In this document: positions 48,167 to 59,138 of the stretch, piece after piece
Layout of the letters: each line of letters starts with the position of its first letter
Numbering within the stretch: the first letter of the stretch is position 1
NCBI GenBank assembly: GCA_965246885.1
Contig: OZ251992.1
Coordinates: 2,560,001 to 2,624,000 of the forward strand
DNA length: 64,000 nucleotides
Origin: Abditibacterium sp.
GTDB lineage: Bacteria > Armatimonadota > Abditibacteriia > Abditibacteriales > Abditibacteriaceae
Reading direction: 5' to 3'
Position numbers and translations under genes: made by a program
The notes under the pieces: generated by a model
The model's database searches: none
Told to the model about the DNA's origin: nothing
Seen by the model: the letters and a program-made list of their open reading frames with translations, nothing else

Positions 48167-49582
48167 TTAGCCCAGCATGTCATTGAAGATGCGCGTCGCC
48201 ACCAACCCCGCCGCGCTGTGATGAAGCGCCGGGGACATGAGCGAAATAAGAAGGGCAATTTCTTCTTCTTGCGAGCGCACGGACGCGAGTTGATGGTGCA
48301 GAGCATTCACTTCTTCGTCGAAGTCCGACGCACCGCCCGGAGTGCCATCGGGTTTAGCGGCGGCCCGCAAACGCTGTTTGGCCTCAAAGGAAGCGGCGGC
48401 GCGGGACGAGCGCGCGAGTTGCGGGTCGTTGAGTGCATCACCCGCGATGTAATCGTAGATGACCTGCTTCTCATACGCCGAAAAGACGCCGAACATTTTG
48501 GCTTGCTCGCCTTCTATCAGCTTCCAGAATCGGCTTTGGCGCGGGTCGGTGTGGCGCTTGAACCAGCCCTCGACTTCCATCTGATGCAGAAATTCTTCGG
48601 CTTCGAGCGGGTTCGCCAGCCAGTCGTTGACGCTCCGCGCGCCCACTTGACGGTAATCCGAGTGCGCGAACTGACCGACGACGCCCTTGCGCGCGAAGAT
48701 GTCAATCAATTCGCGCCGGAGGTCGAAAGAACCAATGATATCGTTCGTCCCGATGCCAATGTCGTTGAGCAAGAAGCCATTGCGCACGCGACGCAGCCAT
48801 TCTTCCGCGTTACCTAAGCGAGGCATCGTCTCGAACACCGCGTCCACCGCTTTACGCGCATGGCCCGAATCGGCGTTGTCTACGGTGATATGCAGCGTAA
48901 AGTAATAGGGGTCAACCCCCAGTTCGTGCAACTCATACGCGCAAATCAGCAGGTGCAAAGGCAACTGCTCGTAGCCCAAATTGAAGCCGATGATTTCCGG
49001 CAAGAAGTGGTCGGCGTTATACGCGAGGGCCAGTTGGATTGCGCCTTGCGTGAAGTTGGCGTCCGGCATGTTGTCGAAGTGCTCCAAGCCCTGCGAGGCG
49101 AGCAGCTTGCGATACAAGACGACGTGGTTCTTGGTCGGCAAGCCCTCGCCCAACTCTTCGAGATACGTCTGGATGAGCGCGCCAAAGCGGGCGTCCTGCC
49201 AATGCGACAAAAGGCCATACAGCCACGCACCATCCACCAACTTGGTGGGCGACGCTTGCTTGATAAAGTGCAGGGCGCTCGACTTGGACGGGAAAAAGCG
49301 GCGCGGCTCGCCTGCCTTGCGCGCTTCGAGGTAGTCGTGATAGCGGCGACCGACTTCGGCGGTGGAACGTTCCATCCACGCGACAAGCTCGTGGGGGTTG
49401 TTGGGCAAATCGCACGGCAACTGCGCCGCTTCACCGAGTTGTTCACACAAAAAATCGGCGGCCCGTTCGCGCGCGGCGTGGTCGAAGTTCCCGCCAAACA
49501 GATCAAAATAAACGTCGCGCGGTGAGCGGGCCACTTCTCGTTCAAGGGTGGAAGTTTCAGGAGTGGAAGAGAATGAAGTCAT
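48167..49582 (-). CDS. Heme-oxygenase-like diiron oxidase (iron-containing redox enzyme family)
   Basis: PTKLVDGAWL, YLEELGEG..KNHVVLY, GFNLGYEQLPLHL, YFTLHITVDNADSGHA. Confidence 0.85.
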   Translation of the reverse strand: MTSFSSTPETSTLEREVARSPRDVYFDLFGGNFDHAARERAADFLCEQLGEAAQLPCDLPNNPHELVAWMERSTAEVGRRYHDYLEARKAGEPRRFFPSKSSALHFIKQASPTKLVDGAWLYGLLSHWQDARFGALIQTYLEELGEGLPTKNHVVLYRKLLASQGLEHFDNMPDANFTQGAIQLALAYNADHFLPEIIGFNLGYEQLPLHLLICAYELHELGVDPYYFTLHITVDNADSGHARKAVDAVFETMPRLGNAEEWLRRVRNGFLLNDIGIGTNDIIGSFDLRRELIDIFARKGVVGQFAHSDYRQVGARSVNDWLANPLEAEEFLHQMEVEGWFKRHTDPRQSRFWKLIEGEQAKMFGVFSAYEKQVIYDYIAGDALNDPQLARSSRAAASFEAKQRLRAAAKPDGTPGGASDFDEEVNALHHQLASVRSQEEEIALLISLMSPALHHSAAGLVATRIFNDMLG

Positions 49583-49851
49583 GGCGTTGGGCGCCCACGC
49601 GAGCGCGTAAGGCGTGATTCAAACGGATAACACGAACAATATGGGCGATGTGGATGGAAATACACCTTTGCAATTCGCCTTCCAAAGCGCCAAATCCAAG
49701 GGATTACCCGCAGTTTTTTAGTCAACGCCCACGCGCTGCGTACGTTTCTTACAAAGAGTTATGTTGGCGATGAGGAGCGTTTCTTCACCCACTTGCGGCA
49801 GAAGGCAAAAAAGGGGTGGTTAAACTTCCCGGTGCTTCCGCACTTCTCTTT

Positions 49852-52458
49852 ATGGCCCGTTCCACGTCCGCCCCCATCGCCGTTTCTCCGGGTAACTCCT
49901 CCCCGGCACCCGCGCTCGCCGCGCCGCGCTTTGGCCACTCCTTTTGGTGGTATCTGAAATGGTTCTTCATCATGCTGCAAGCGGTGGTGTTTTGCGCGCT
50001 CATCGTCGCGGCAACAGCGGCCAAGGGCATCTATGACGAGTTGCCGGGAGTTGTGCCCGATTTGCGCTTGCTGCTCGCCAAAGACCGCGCGGCGCCTTCG
50101 CGCGTTTACGCTGCTGATGGGAGCCTCCTCGCCGAGTTCAAAACGCAAGAGCGCAAGTGGATTCCCCTCGATGACCTCAAGACATTTAAAAGCGAGAAGG
50201 GGCAGGTCGTCGTCACTCCCGGACGCCTTATCGCCGCGACGCTTTCCATCGAAGACGCGCGCTTTTACACCCACCCCGGCGTGGACGCCAAGCGCATTGT
50301 CGGCGCACTGATTGCCAACTTCAAAGCGGGCGGCGTGTCGCAAGGCGGCTCGACCATCACCGAACAGTTAGCCAAGAACGTTTACCTTAACCGCTCGCGC
50401 ACCACGAAGCGGCGCCTTTCCACCGCGCTTATCGCCCTCCAATTAGAGCGCAAGCTGTCCAAAGACGAAATCCTCGAAGCCTACCTCAACGACATCTTCT
50501 ACGGCAACCGCGCTTACGGCTGCGAAGCGGGCGCCCAGACGTACTTCGGAAAGCACGCGCGCGACCTATCCATTTCCGAGGCCGCCCTCCTCGCCGGGTT
50601 GCCGCAAAGCCCCACTAACCTCGACCCTTGGAAACATTTCGACCACGCCAAAAAGCGCCAACGCATCGTGCTCCACGAGATGCAGCAGAACTGGCTCATC
50701 ACCTACCCGCAATACCTCGCGGCCTTAAAGGATGAGTCGGTCGAAGCTGAAATCAAGGCGGGACGGCGCCGCGCTCAGCGTGACCGGGCGCAGGTCAAAC
50801 GCTGGAAGTCGCCGTACTTCGTGTCCTACGTGCGGCAATACCTCAAAAAGCAGTACGGTTACGACCTCGACCAGCCAGGCCTTATCGTGCGCACCTCGCT
50901 TGACCCCAAGCTCCAGCAAATTGCCAACGCCGTGATGCACGAACAAGTCCGGCAACACGGGGAATACTTGCAAGGCGCGCTCGTTTCCATTGACCCTTGG
51001 ACGGGACAGGTCGTGGCGATGGTGGGCGGTCTGGACTACTACGGCAAGAACGGCCAATTCAACCGCGCCGTCCAAGGCAAGCGGCAACCCGGCTCGACGA
51101 TGAAGCCGTATATCTACGCGACTGCGATGGAAGCGGGCCTCACGCCCGATACGGTCATGGAGGATTCACCGCTCTTTTTGTGCGGCGACAAAGAGTGCCG
51201 CGACGGGCGCGAGGGGCGCGGGCGTGAACTGCGCAACTACGACCGCGATCATCATGGCGCCATGACGTTGCGCGAAGCCATCGCCATGTCCAACAACGTC
51301 ATCGCCACCAAACTGCTGCTACGCGTCGGCATCCAAAACGCCATCCTCAAAGCGCACTTGATGGGCGTCCAATCGAGCCTGACACCCGTGCCCAGCCTCG
51401 CGCTTGGCACGTCTGAACTGTCTCTTTTAGAGCACGTTTCGGCGTACGGCGTCTTTGCGACCAAAGGCTTACGGGCCGACGCGACTCCAATTGTCAAAGT
51501 TGAAAACGGCGCGGGCGAAGTTCTCGTAGACCAAAGCGGGCCGGTGCGAGCCGCCCGCGTGCTTTCCAAGAACGCCGCCAATTATATGTACGAGATGTTG
51601 CGCAACAACGTCACCAATGGCACGGGGCGCCCGGTGCAAATCGAGGGCGTCGAACTCATCGGCAAAACTGGCACGACCAGTTCCAACAAGGACGTGTGGT
51701 TCATGGGCGCCAGCCCGCAACTCGTGACCGGCGTGTGGATGGGCTACGACAAGCCCAAGCCATTGGGCTACGGCAGCGCGGGCGGCAAGTGGTGCGGCCC
51801 CGCGTTTCGCCAGTTCATGCTGGAGGCTTTGCCCGTGTGGGCGACGCGCAAACCGATGGAGAAACTGGTTGAGGACGCTCGCGCAACGGCACAACGGCGC
51901 TTCGTGGCACAGCAATACAAGCAGTACATCAAAGTCCGCATTTGCAACGAGAGCGGCTTGCTCGCCACCAAGGGTTGTCCCGACACGAAGATGGAAGTCT
52001 TCAGCGCGGCGGGCGGCGCCCCAACGCAATACTGCCCGTTGCACGGCAAAAGCCCGACCGAAGAGCGCCGCTTGTCGCAAGGCGGGGCACCGCCGGGAGC
52101 TTATGATTTGGGCGCCCCCGTCCGTCAAAACGGGGGAAGCGGTGGGGGTAATAATAACCCCGGCGCCGACAACGGGCCGGGTAACGTGCCCAACGCGCAA
52201 GGCGGCGCTGTCGGGGAAGACGGACAATCGGGCGCCGACGACCCGAACGCACAGGCCCAGCGCGAATACCGCCGCGACCAAAACGCCGACGACGCGGGCG
52301 GCGCGCCCCCCCCGCATCAGGGCGACGGCATCGTCACCTTGGAGGGAGGGAGTGCTTCCCCGCAACGGCGGAATTCCGGCGGCGGGGGTCAGGTTCTCCC
52401 CGACAACGACACTCCGCAAACCTTGGACGGTTATAGCGGCACCTCGCGGGGACAATAA
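49852..52458 (+). CDS. Class A penicillin-binding protein (PBP1A, transglycosylase/transpeptidase)
   Basis: N-terminal TM; EDARFYTHPGVD, QGGSTITEQLAKN, RQPGSTMKP (SxxK), SNN, GKTGTT; disordered C-terminal tail. Confidence 0.95.
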   Translation: MARSTSAPIAVSPGNSSPAPALAAPRFGHSFWWYLKWFFIMLQAVVFCALIVAATAAKGIYDELPGVVPDLRLLLAKDRAAPSRVYAADGSLLAEFKTQERKWIPLDDLKTFKSEKGQVVVTPGRLIAATLSIEDARFYTHPGVDAKRIVGALIANFKAGGVSQGGSTITEQLAKNVYLNRSRTTKRRLSTALIALQLERKLSKDEILEAYLNDIFYGNRAYGCEAGAQTYFGKHARDLSISEAALLAGLPQSPTNLDPWKHFDHAKKRQRIVLHEMQQNWLITYPQYLAALKDESVEAEIKAGRRRAQRDRAQVKRWKSPYFVSYVRQYLKKQYGYDLDQPGLIVRTSLDPKLQQIANAVMHEQVRQHGEYLQGALVSIDPWTGQVVAMVGGLDYYGKNGQFNRAVQGKRQPGSTMKPYIYATAMEAGLTPDTVMEDSPLFLCGDKECRDGREGRGRELRNYDRDHHGAMTLREAIAMSNNVIATKLLLRVGIQNAILKAHLMGVQSSLTPVPSLALGTSELSLLEHVSAYGVFATKGLRADATPIVKVENGAGEVLVDQSGPVRAARVLSKNAANYMYEMLRNNVTNGTGRPVQIEGVELIGKTGTTSSNKDVWFMGASPQLVTGVWMGYDKPKPLGYGSAGGKWCGPAFRQFMLEALPVWATRKPMEKLVEDARATAQRRFVAQQYKQYIKVRICNESGLLATKGCPDTKMEVFSAAGGAPTQYCPLHGKSPTEERRLSQGGAPPGAYDLGAPVRQNGGSGGGNNNPGADNGPGNVPNAQGGAVGEDGQSGADDPNAQAQREYRRDQNADDAGGAPPPHQGDGIVTLEGGSASPQRRNSGGGGQVLPDNDTPQTLDGYSGTSRGQ

Positions 52459-52620
52459 GACGTCCGTCACTCGTTGACAGACGACGGCGGGTGGAAACGG
52501 GAAGAAGTGGGCGCGTCAGAGACGTCTGTCAGCCATTCCCAGACGGCGGCGCCTCAGTGACAGACGTCTGTCAGCCATTCCCAGACGGCGGCGACTCGGC
52601 GACAGACGTCTGTCACCGGG
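52459..52620. repeat. 21/42-nt-period tandem repeat between the PBP1A gene and galT
   Basis: gacgtctgtcagccattccca + gacggcggcg.ctc.g.gaca repeated at 52521, 52563 and 52605 (partial). Confidence 0.8.
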
Positions 52621-52682
52621 GCGCCGCCGCCGCTCGCACCGCCGCGTCGGGGCCGCGAATTGCTACACCTTCCTTTGATTTT

Positions 52683-53711
52683 ATGCCCGAACTCCGCAAA
52701 GACCCAATTTTAGACCGTTGGGTCATCATCGCCACCGACCGCTCGCGCCGCCCCAACGACTTCTCATCCCAGACCATCGCTCCCACCCCGACCGACAGCG
52801 TCTTCTCACCCGGCAACGAAGATAAAACGCCGTCCGAGGTCTTCCAAATCGGGCGCGCGTCTGGCGCCGCCAAGGATTCGAGCGGCTGGCGCGTGCGCGT
52901 CGTGCCCAACAAATTCCCGGCCTTATCTTCCGAGGGCGCGTTGGATTCGCGCGCGGCGGGTATGTTCGACGTGATGAACGGCGTCGGCGCGCATGAGGTC
53001 GTTATCGAACATCCGAGCGCTGCGTGGGATTTGTCCGACGCCACGTCGGAACAAATGGGCGAAGTTTTGGACGCTTATGTTGCCCGCAACCGCGCTCTCT
53101 CCGACGACGCGCGCTATCGCTACATCCTCACGTTCCGCAACTTCGGCACCCTCGCAGGAGCCTCGATTAACCACCCGCACTCGCAGATCATCGCCCTTCC
53201 CGTCGTGCCGCGCCAAATCAAAGACCAGCTGGACTGCGCCCGCGAACACTTCCACGAAAAGCTACGCTCCATCTACGCCGACCTTTTGCGCCAAGAAGTA
53301 GACGGCGGCGCGCGCATTGTCGAAGAAACCGAGCACTTCGTGGTGCTTTGCCCGTATGCTTCGCGCTTTCCGTTCGAGACGCAAATCTATCCCAAAGGTG
53401 GCGGCGCCCATTTCACCAACCTATCGCCCGCCGAACACGCTGCCCTGTCCGAAGTTTTGCCGCGCACCCTGCGCCGCATCCGGGCCGCGCTGGGCCACCC
53501 GCCCTACAACATGGTCTTCCAAACCGCGCCCATCACCAAAGAGCGCATTGGCAACGCGGGGCAGTGGGACACCCTCGAACACGACTTCTCGTGGCACATT
53601 GACATCCTACCACGCCTCACGCAAGTCGCCGGTTTCGAGTGGGGCACCGGCTTTTACATCAACCCCGTTTCGCCCGAAAACGCTGCGAGCTTTTTGAGGG
53701 ATTCGGATTGA
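52683..53711 (+). CDS. galT: Galactose-1-phosphate uridylyltransferase
   Basis: MPELRKDP, VRVVPNKFPAL, GAHEVVIE, GASINHPHSQ, AGFEWGTG. Confidence 0.92.
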   Translation: MPELRKDPILDRWVIIATDRSRRPNDFSSQTIAPTPTDSVFSPGNEDKTPSEVFQIGRASGAAKDSSGWRVRVVPNKFPALSSEGALDSRAAGMFDVMNGVGAHEVVIEHPSAAWDLSDATSEQMGEVLDAYVARNRALSDDARYRYILTFRNFGTLAGASINHPHSQIIALPVVPRQIKDQLDCAREHFHEKLRSIYADLLRQEVDGGARIVEETEHFVVLCPYASRFPFETQIYPKGGGAHFTNLSPAEHAALSEVLPRTLRRIRAALGHPPYNMVFQTAPITKERIGNAGQWDTLEHDFSWHIDILPRLTQVAGFEWGTGFYINPVSPENAASFLRDSD

Positions 53712-53719
53712 TGGATAAA

Positions 53720-53817
53720 AGCGACTGAAGTCGCAGCCAGCAGAAACGTCAACCTTCGCCGACGGATACCCTCGTCAACGAAGGTTGACGTTTCTGCTGG
53801 CTGCGACTTCAGTCGCT
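53720..53817. repeat. Palindromic REP/MITE-like element with 39-bp perfect inverted arms
   Basis: agcgactgaagtcgcagccagcagaaacgtcaaccttcg (53720-53758) and exact reverse complement (53779-53817); shares agcgactgaagtcgc with the 22623 element. Confidence 0.9.
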
Positions 53818-53888
53818 CGACACGCATTTTCTCTTCTCACCCGTAACCGGGAACGGCGCGCGGCGAGGTCGCTCTTAAACTTCCCCTT

Positions 53889-56800
53889 ATGAACGACGTT
53901 TTTGCCCGCCTCAATGAACTGTTAGCCCAGCGCGTGCTTCTCCTCGACGGCGCGATGGGCACCATGATTCAAGCGCACGCCCTCACGGAAGAGGACTTTC
54001 GCGGCGAGCGCTTCGCCGATCATGCCCTCGCGCTCAAGGGCAACAACGACGTTTTGAACATTTCGCGGCCCGACATCATCCGCGACATTCACCGCCAATA
54101 CTTTGAAGCGGGCGCCGACATTTGCGAAACGAATACCTTCTCCTCGACTTCGATCGCCCAAGCCGATTATGGGTTGGACGACGCACAGTCGGTGTATGAC
54201 TTAAACTTTCACGGTGCGCGCGTAGCGCGCGAGGCGGCCCGCGAAGTGGAAGCCAAAGATGGCAAGCCGCGTTTCGTGGCGGGCGCGCTCGGCCCGACGA
54301 ACCGCACCCTCTCCATGTCGCCGGACGTGAACGACCCGGCCTTTCGCGCGCTGTCTTGGGACGAACTTGTCGCCGCTTACAAAGCCCAAGCGCGCGCCCT
54401 GCTCGAAGGCGGCGTGGATATTCTGCTGCCCGAAACCACTTTCGACACGCTTAACCTCAAGGCGTGCTTGTTCGCCATCTCGCAGCTATGGGACGAAGGC
54501 TTTGAGCGCGTGCCCGTCTTCGCTTCGCTGACTTTCGCTTCAGAGGATTTGCGAATGTTGACAGGGCAAACAGTGGAGGCGGCGATTGTTTCGGTTGAAC
54601 ACGCCGATTTGTTCTGCGTGGGGCTGAACTGCGGAATGGCCCCAGACAAGTTGCGCTCGCAGATCGAAAGCGCGTCGAAAAATTCGGCGTGCTGGACGCA
54701 CGCCTACCTCAACGCTGGAATTCCCAACGCTTTCGGCGAATACGATTGGACGCCCGAACAGTTGCGCGATGTCGTGGCGCCCTTTGCCCAAAACGGCTGG
54801 GTGAACATCCTCGGCGGTTGCTGCGGCACCACGCCCGCGCACATTCGCGCGTTGGCCGAGGCCGTTGCGGGCGTCACGCCCCGACAAAAGCCCGAAGCGA
54901 GCGCGGCGGCGTTCGCGCAGTTTTCCGGCTTGGAGCCGCTTTCTATTCGGCCCGAATCGAACTTTCAGATGGTCGGAGAGCGCACTAACGTCACCGGCTC
55001 GCCCAAGTTTTCGCGGCTCGTCAAAGAAAGCAACTGGCGCGAGGCCATCGAAATCGCGCGCCAGCAAGTTGATAACGGTGCCAACATCGTGGACTTCAAC
55101 TTCGACGAAGGTCTGCTGGACGGCCCCACCACGATGCGGCATTTCTTGAATCTTCTCGCCGTCGAGCCGGACGTTGCGCGCGTGCCGTTTATGATTGATT
55201 CGAGCAAATGGGAAGTCATCGAGGCCGGTTTGCAATGCGTGCAAGGAAAGGCCATCGTCAACTCCATCTCCCTCAAAGAGGGCGAAGCCGCCTTTAAGGA
55301 GCGCGCGCGCTTCGTGCGAAAGTATGGAGCGGGCGCGGTCGTCATGGCCTTCGACGAGGCAGGGCAGGCCGACAGCTACGAGCGGCGCATCGAGATTTGC
55401 GCGCGCGCTTACCGCATCTTGGTAGAGGAAGTCGGTTTTCCGGCGGGGGACATCATCTTCGACCCCAACGTGCTGACCGTCGCTACGGGTTTGGAAGAAC
55501 ACGCGGACTACGCGCTCGATTTCATCCGCGCGACGAAGTGGATCAAGGAAAACCTGCCGCGCGCGATGGTATCGGGCGGCATCTCCAACGTCAGTTTCTC
55601 CTTTCGCGGCAACAACACAGTGCGCGAAGCCATGCACTCGGCGTTTCTCAAGCACGCCATCGAAGCGGGCCTCGACATGGGCATCGTGAACGCGGGCATG
55701 TTGGAGGTCTACGATCAAATCGAGCCGGAGCTTTTGGAAAAAGTCGAGGATGTTTTGCTCAACCGCCGCGCCGACGCGACGGAGCGGTTGGTGGACTTGG
55801 CCGATGCCATCAAGGCGCGGGCAAGCGGCGAAGTCGCCGAAGTTAAGACCGAAGCGTGGCGGCAAGAACCTGTGCAAAAGCGGCTCGAACACGCGCTCGT
55901 CAAGGGCATTGACGCCTTTATCGAAGCCGATGTCGAGGAAGCGCGCCTCCAATACGCCAAGCCCTTGCACGTTATCGAAGGGCCGCTCATGGACGGCATG
56001 AACATCGTGGGTGAACTGTTTGGGAGCGGGAAAATGTTCCTGCCACAAGTCGTCAAGAGCGCGCGCGTCATGAAGCGCGCCGTCGCCGTCTTGCTGCCTT
56101 ACATGGAAGACGAGGCGGGCGAAAGCCAGAGCGCCGGAAAGATCGTGATGGCGACCGTGAAGGGCGACGTGCACGACATCGGCAAAAACATCGTCGGCGT
56201 GGTTTTGCGCTGCAACAACTACGAGGTCATAGATTTGGGCGTTATGGTTCCCGCAGACAAGATACTCCAAACCGCCCGCGAGGTCGGCGCCGACGCCATC
56301 GGTCTATCGGGATTGATTACCCCGTCACTCGATGAGATGGTTTCCATCGCCCGCGAAATGGAGCGGCAGGGCTTTTCCATTCCCCTGCTGATTGGCGGCG
56401 CGACGACTTCGCGCATCCACACCGCCGTCAAAATCGCCGAAGGCTACCCATCGGGCGGCGTCGTGCACGTCATAGACGCGAGCAAAGCCGTCGGCGTTGT
56501 CGGCGCGCTTTTCTCCGATGAACAGCGCGACTCCTTCATCCGTGAAACGCGCGAAAAGCAGGACGCCGACCGCGAAGCGTTCTGGCAAAAGCGCGACGCC
56601 AAGCCCCTCCTCCCCCTCGAAGACGCGCGCGCGCGCCGGTTGCAAATCGAGTGGACGCCCGACGACATCGCCCTGCCCGAACGGGTCGGCTTGCAGCAGT
56701 TGCACGGTGTGCCGCTCGAAGAGTTGGCGGAGTTCATTGACTGGACGCCCTTCTTTGCCAGTTGGGAACTGAAGGGCATTTACCCGGAGATTTTCGAGGA

Positions 56801-57599
56801 CGCCCACTACGGAGAAGCGGCGCGCGAGCTATGGGCCGACGCGCAGCGACTACTCGGCGACATCCTCAAGCGGCGCTCCCTCACGGCGCGCGGCGTGTGG
56901 GGGTTCTGGCCCGCCAACGCGCACGGCGACGACATCATTATCTGGAGCGATACCGACGCCAAGCGCGAATTAGCCCGCTTCCCGATGCTTCGCCAACAAA
57001 TCGACAAAGCGCCGGGGCGCCCCGACCTCGCGCTGTCGGATTTTGTCGCGCCGGTTGACTCCGGTTTGCTCGATTACGTAGGCGCCTTCGCCGTCTCGAT
57101 ACACGGCACGGAAAAGCTCGCCCTTGACCACAAAGCGGCGGGCGACGAACACTCGGCGCTTCTGGTGCAAAGCCTGAGCGACCGCCTCGCCGAAGCCTTC
57201 GCCGAGTGGCTGCACTTGAAGGCGCGCCGCTTTTGCGGCATTGACGGGAGTGAAACGCGCGAGCAGTTGGTGCGCGAAGAATATCGCGGCATCCGTCCGG
57301 CCTTTGGCTACCCCGCGTGCCCCGACCACACGCCCAAGCGCATCTTGTTCGAGCTAATCCAAGCGCACGCTTACGCGGGCATCTCCCTGACCGAGTCGTG
57401 CGCCATGTGGCCGCCATCTGCCGTGTCGGGGATTTACCTCAACCACCGCGAAGCCTCTTACTTCGCCGTCGGCAAGATAGGCCGCGACCAAGTCGAGGAC
57501 TACGCCGTCCGGCGCGGCTTTGGGTTCGAGGAAATGGAGCGCTGGCTCTCGCCGAACTTGGGGTACAATCCGGGAAAAGTTGAGGCCGCGCCGCTTTAA
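53889..57599 (+). CDS. metH: Cobalamin-dependent methionine synthase
   Basis: [64 protein letters not shown]. Confidence 0.97.
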   Translation: MNDVFARLNELLAQRVLLLDGAMGTMIQAHALTEEDFRGERFADHALALKGNNDVLNISRPDIIRDIHRQYFEAGADICETNTFSSTSIAQADYGLDDAQSVYDLNFHGARVAREAAREVEAKDGKPRFVAGALGPTNRTLSMSPDVNDPAFRALSWDELVAAYKAQARALLEGGVDILLPETTFDTLNLKACLFAISQLWDEGFERVPVFASLTFASEDLRMLTGQTVEAAIVSVEHADLFCVGLNCGMAPDKLRSQIESASKNSACWTHAYLNAGIPNAFGEYDWTPEQLRDVVAPFAQNGWVNILGGCCGTTPAHIRALAEAVAGVTPRQKPEASAAAFAQFSGLEPLSIRPESNFQMVGERTNVTGSPKFSRLVKESNWREAIEIARQQVDNGANIVDFNFDEGLLDGPTTMRHFLNLLAVEPDVARVPFMIDSSKWEVIEAGLQCVQGKAIVNSISLKEGEAAFKERARFVRKYGAGAVVMAFDEAGQADSYERRIEICARAYRILVEEVGFPAGDIIFDPNVLTVATGLEEHADYALDFIRATKWIKENLPRAMVSGGISNVSFSFRGNNTVREAMHSAFLKHAIEAGLDMGIVNAGMLEVYDQIEPELLEKVEDVLLNRRADATERLVDLADAIKARASGEVAEVKTEAWRQEPVQKRLEHALVKGIDAFIEADVEEARLQYAKPLHVIEGPLMDGMNIVGELFGSGKMFLPQVVKSARVMKRAVAVLLPYMEDEAGESQSAGKIVMATVKGDVHDIGKNIVGVVLRCNNYEVIDLGVMVPADKILQTAREVGADAIGLSGLITPSLDEMVSIAREMERQGFSIPLLIGGATTSRIHTAVKIAEGYPSGGVVHVIDASKAVGVVGALFSDEQRDSFIRETREKQDADREAFWQKRDAKPLLPLEDARARRLQIEWTPDDIALPERVGLQQLHGVPLEELAEFIDWTPFFASWELKGIYPEIFEDAHYGEAARELWADAQRLLGDILKRRSLTARGVWGFWPANAHGDDIIIWSDTDAKRELARFPMLRQQIDKAPGRPDLALSDFVAPVDSGLLDYVGAFAVSIHGTEKLALDHKAAGDEHSALLVQSLSDRLAEAFAEWLHLKARRFCGIDGSETREQLVREEYRGIRPAFGYPACPDHTPKRILFELIQAHAYAGISLTESCAMWPPSAVSGIYLNHREASYFAVGKIGRDQVEDYAVRRGFGFEEMERWLSPNLGYNPGKVEAAPL

Positions 57600-57609
57600 A
57601 GCGGCGCGG
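57586..57609. terminator. Perfect 24-bp palindrome overlapping the metH stop codon
   Basis: ccgcgccgcttt-aaagcggcgcgg between convergent genes. Confidence 0.5.
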
Positions 57610-57613
57610 GAGT

Positions 57614-57928
57614 TTACTTTGGTCGTGGAGGGGACATCTCGCACCACAACAACACACGCTCAACTAAGCCCGCGCCGAAGAGCATTAATCCCAGCAGTCG
57701 AAAAGTAGAAGCTGCCCGTTCCGCATCCGCTAAGCTATAACCGCCCGAATGATCAGTTGCGGAGTTGATACCCAGAGCCTGTGCGAAAGCGACGAGGAGT
57801 AACTCCACGCCCAACAACACGCAGACGGCGGCGAGGCGCATATTAGATGTGAATCGCGCGTTCTCGGCGCGCGCGGCGGCAGTGTCGCTGGAGTCGACTT
57901 GCGATTGCGGAGACGCAGAAGAGTTCAC
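57614..57928 (-). CDS. Small two-TM membrane protein
   Basis: 104 aa with two hydrophobic helices. Confidence 0.5.
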   Translation of the reverse strand: MNSSASPQSQVDSSDTAAARAENARFTSNMRLAAVCVLLGVELLLVAFAQALGINSATDHSGGYSLADAERAASTFRLLGLMLFGAGLVERVLLWCEMSPPRPK

Positions 57929-57944
57929 CCTTTAAGGTTACAAG

Positions 57945-59054
57945 TCACTTTCCGTCGGAACTCATATCGGGCGCGTCTATGAGCGTGGCGCGATAGTCCT
58001 GCACGGTCGAGTCCACTTCGTCCAAGCCCGAATCGTCGGATGCAATGGGGCGCGTGAGAGTGAGGGGGCGGACGCGCGGCGGCGAGATGCGTAATGGCGC
58101 TTCCAGCGACGCCAATAGCACGCGCGGGCCACGTGCACCCGGAGATTGCAGCGCATCGGACGGCGACACGGGGGCGCTCGTTAAGACAACGGCGGGCGTC
58201 TCGAAGTGCGTCGCTGACGCGACGGGGTGCGGCGCGCGAGGGGTACGCGGCGACTGCGCGCGACGCGGCGCGGTTTCGGCGAGGGAGGGCCTTTCCCGAA
58301 GCATGGGAAGCGGCGCATCGGGTGCGGGGAGCGCAATGGAAAGCGCGCGCATCGGGAGTTGATCCAACTCCCGATGCGCCCGAACGAGCGACTTATCCGC
58401 TCCAGACGCGCGCCACGCCGAGTCTTCTTCCGAGCGGGGCGTCGCCGTGTCTGAGACAACGTGCGACGGAAGAATCGGCAGTTCAGCGTCCGCCGAAACA
58501 GTCAAAGCTCGCGCTTTATCCGACGCTTCGGAAGCGCGGACAGTCAGTCCAAGGGGTGCACTCGCGGCGGCATCCGACGGCGCGGGCGGTGGAGCCAACG
58601 CTGCGCGGGTAAGGAGTAGCGCGAAGGCGCAGAGCGCAAGCACACCCGGCAACGGCAAGCCGCGCGGCATCCACATCGGCGACAGCGTCGGACGCTCCTC
58701 GCGGCGCGAGGTGTGCTTCAGAATTTGCGCGCTCAACCTCGGCGATGGGGCCATCGGTCGCGCTAAGCGGCAGGCCAAGGCGATGCGCCATAGCAAATTC
58801 GGAGGCGGAGCGGGTGGCTCGGCGAGTTGCAAAAACAAGTGCCGCGTCTGGTTCCAATCGAGCCACGCGCGCGCGCATCGCTCGCATACCAGCAGGTGCC
58901 GCCGCGCCGCGAGCGCCTCGTTCTCGTCGGCCTCGCCATCGAAGAGCGCCGTTAGGAACGGCGTCCACTCGCGGCACGCTTCCAATTCCGCGCGCGCGGA
59001 CGCGGCGTCCGAAATCTCTTCGGGCCACCAGAATGGGCGCGCGGGCTGCTTCAT
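57945..59054 (-). CDS. Zinc-binding (zf-HC2/ZAS) anti-sigma-like membrane protein
   Basis: C..WTPFLTALFDGE...RHLLVCERC (HxxxCxxC), one TM, long Pro/Ala/Ser tail. Confidence 0.7.
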   Translation of the reverse strand: MKQPARPFWWPEEISDAASARAELEACREWTPFLTALFDGEADENEALAARRHLLVCERCARAWLDWNQTRHLFLQLAEPPAPPPNLLWRIALACRLARPMAPSPRLSAQILKHTSRREERPTLSPMWMPRGLPLPGVLALCAFALLLTRAALAPPPAPSDAAASAPLGLTVRASEASDKARALTVSADAELPILPSHVVSDTATPRSEEDSAWRASGADKSLVRAHRELDQLPMRALSIALPAPDAPLPMLRERPSLAETAPRRAQSPRTPRAPHPVASATHFETPAVVLTSAPVSPSDALQSPGARGPRVLLASLEAPLRISPPRVRPLTLTRPIASDDSGLDEVDSTVQDYRATLIDAPDMSSDGK

Positions 59055-59138
59055 CGTTGCTGTTTAGAAGGGGCGCGCGGGGCGAAGTTGCATCGCCGTT
59101 GCTTGGTTCTGTGTTAAGAGGCGTGCCGATAGTGCGCC

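Noticed and set aside
52491..52682. N-terminal DVCQPFPDGG repeats on GalT
   Set aside because: They come from the intergenic 42-nt repeat; the family-typical start MPELRKDP is at 52683.
53712..53888. SAM/SAH/cobalamin riboswitch upstream of metH
   Set aside because: The structure is a perfect palindrome sharing its core with the 22623 element, and I could not find riboswitch consensus motifs. An Rfam scan would be decisive.
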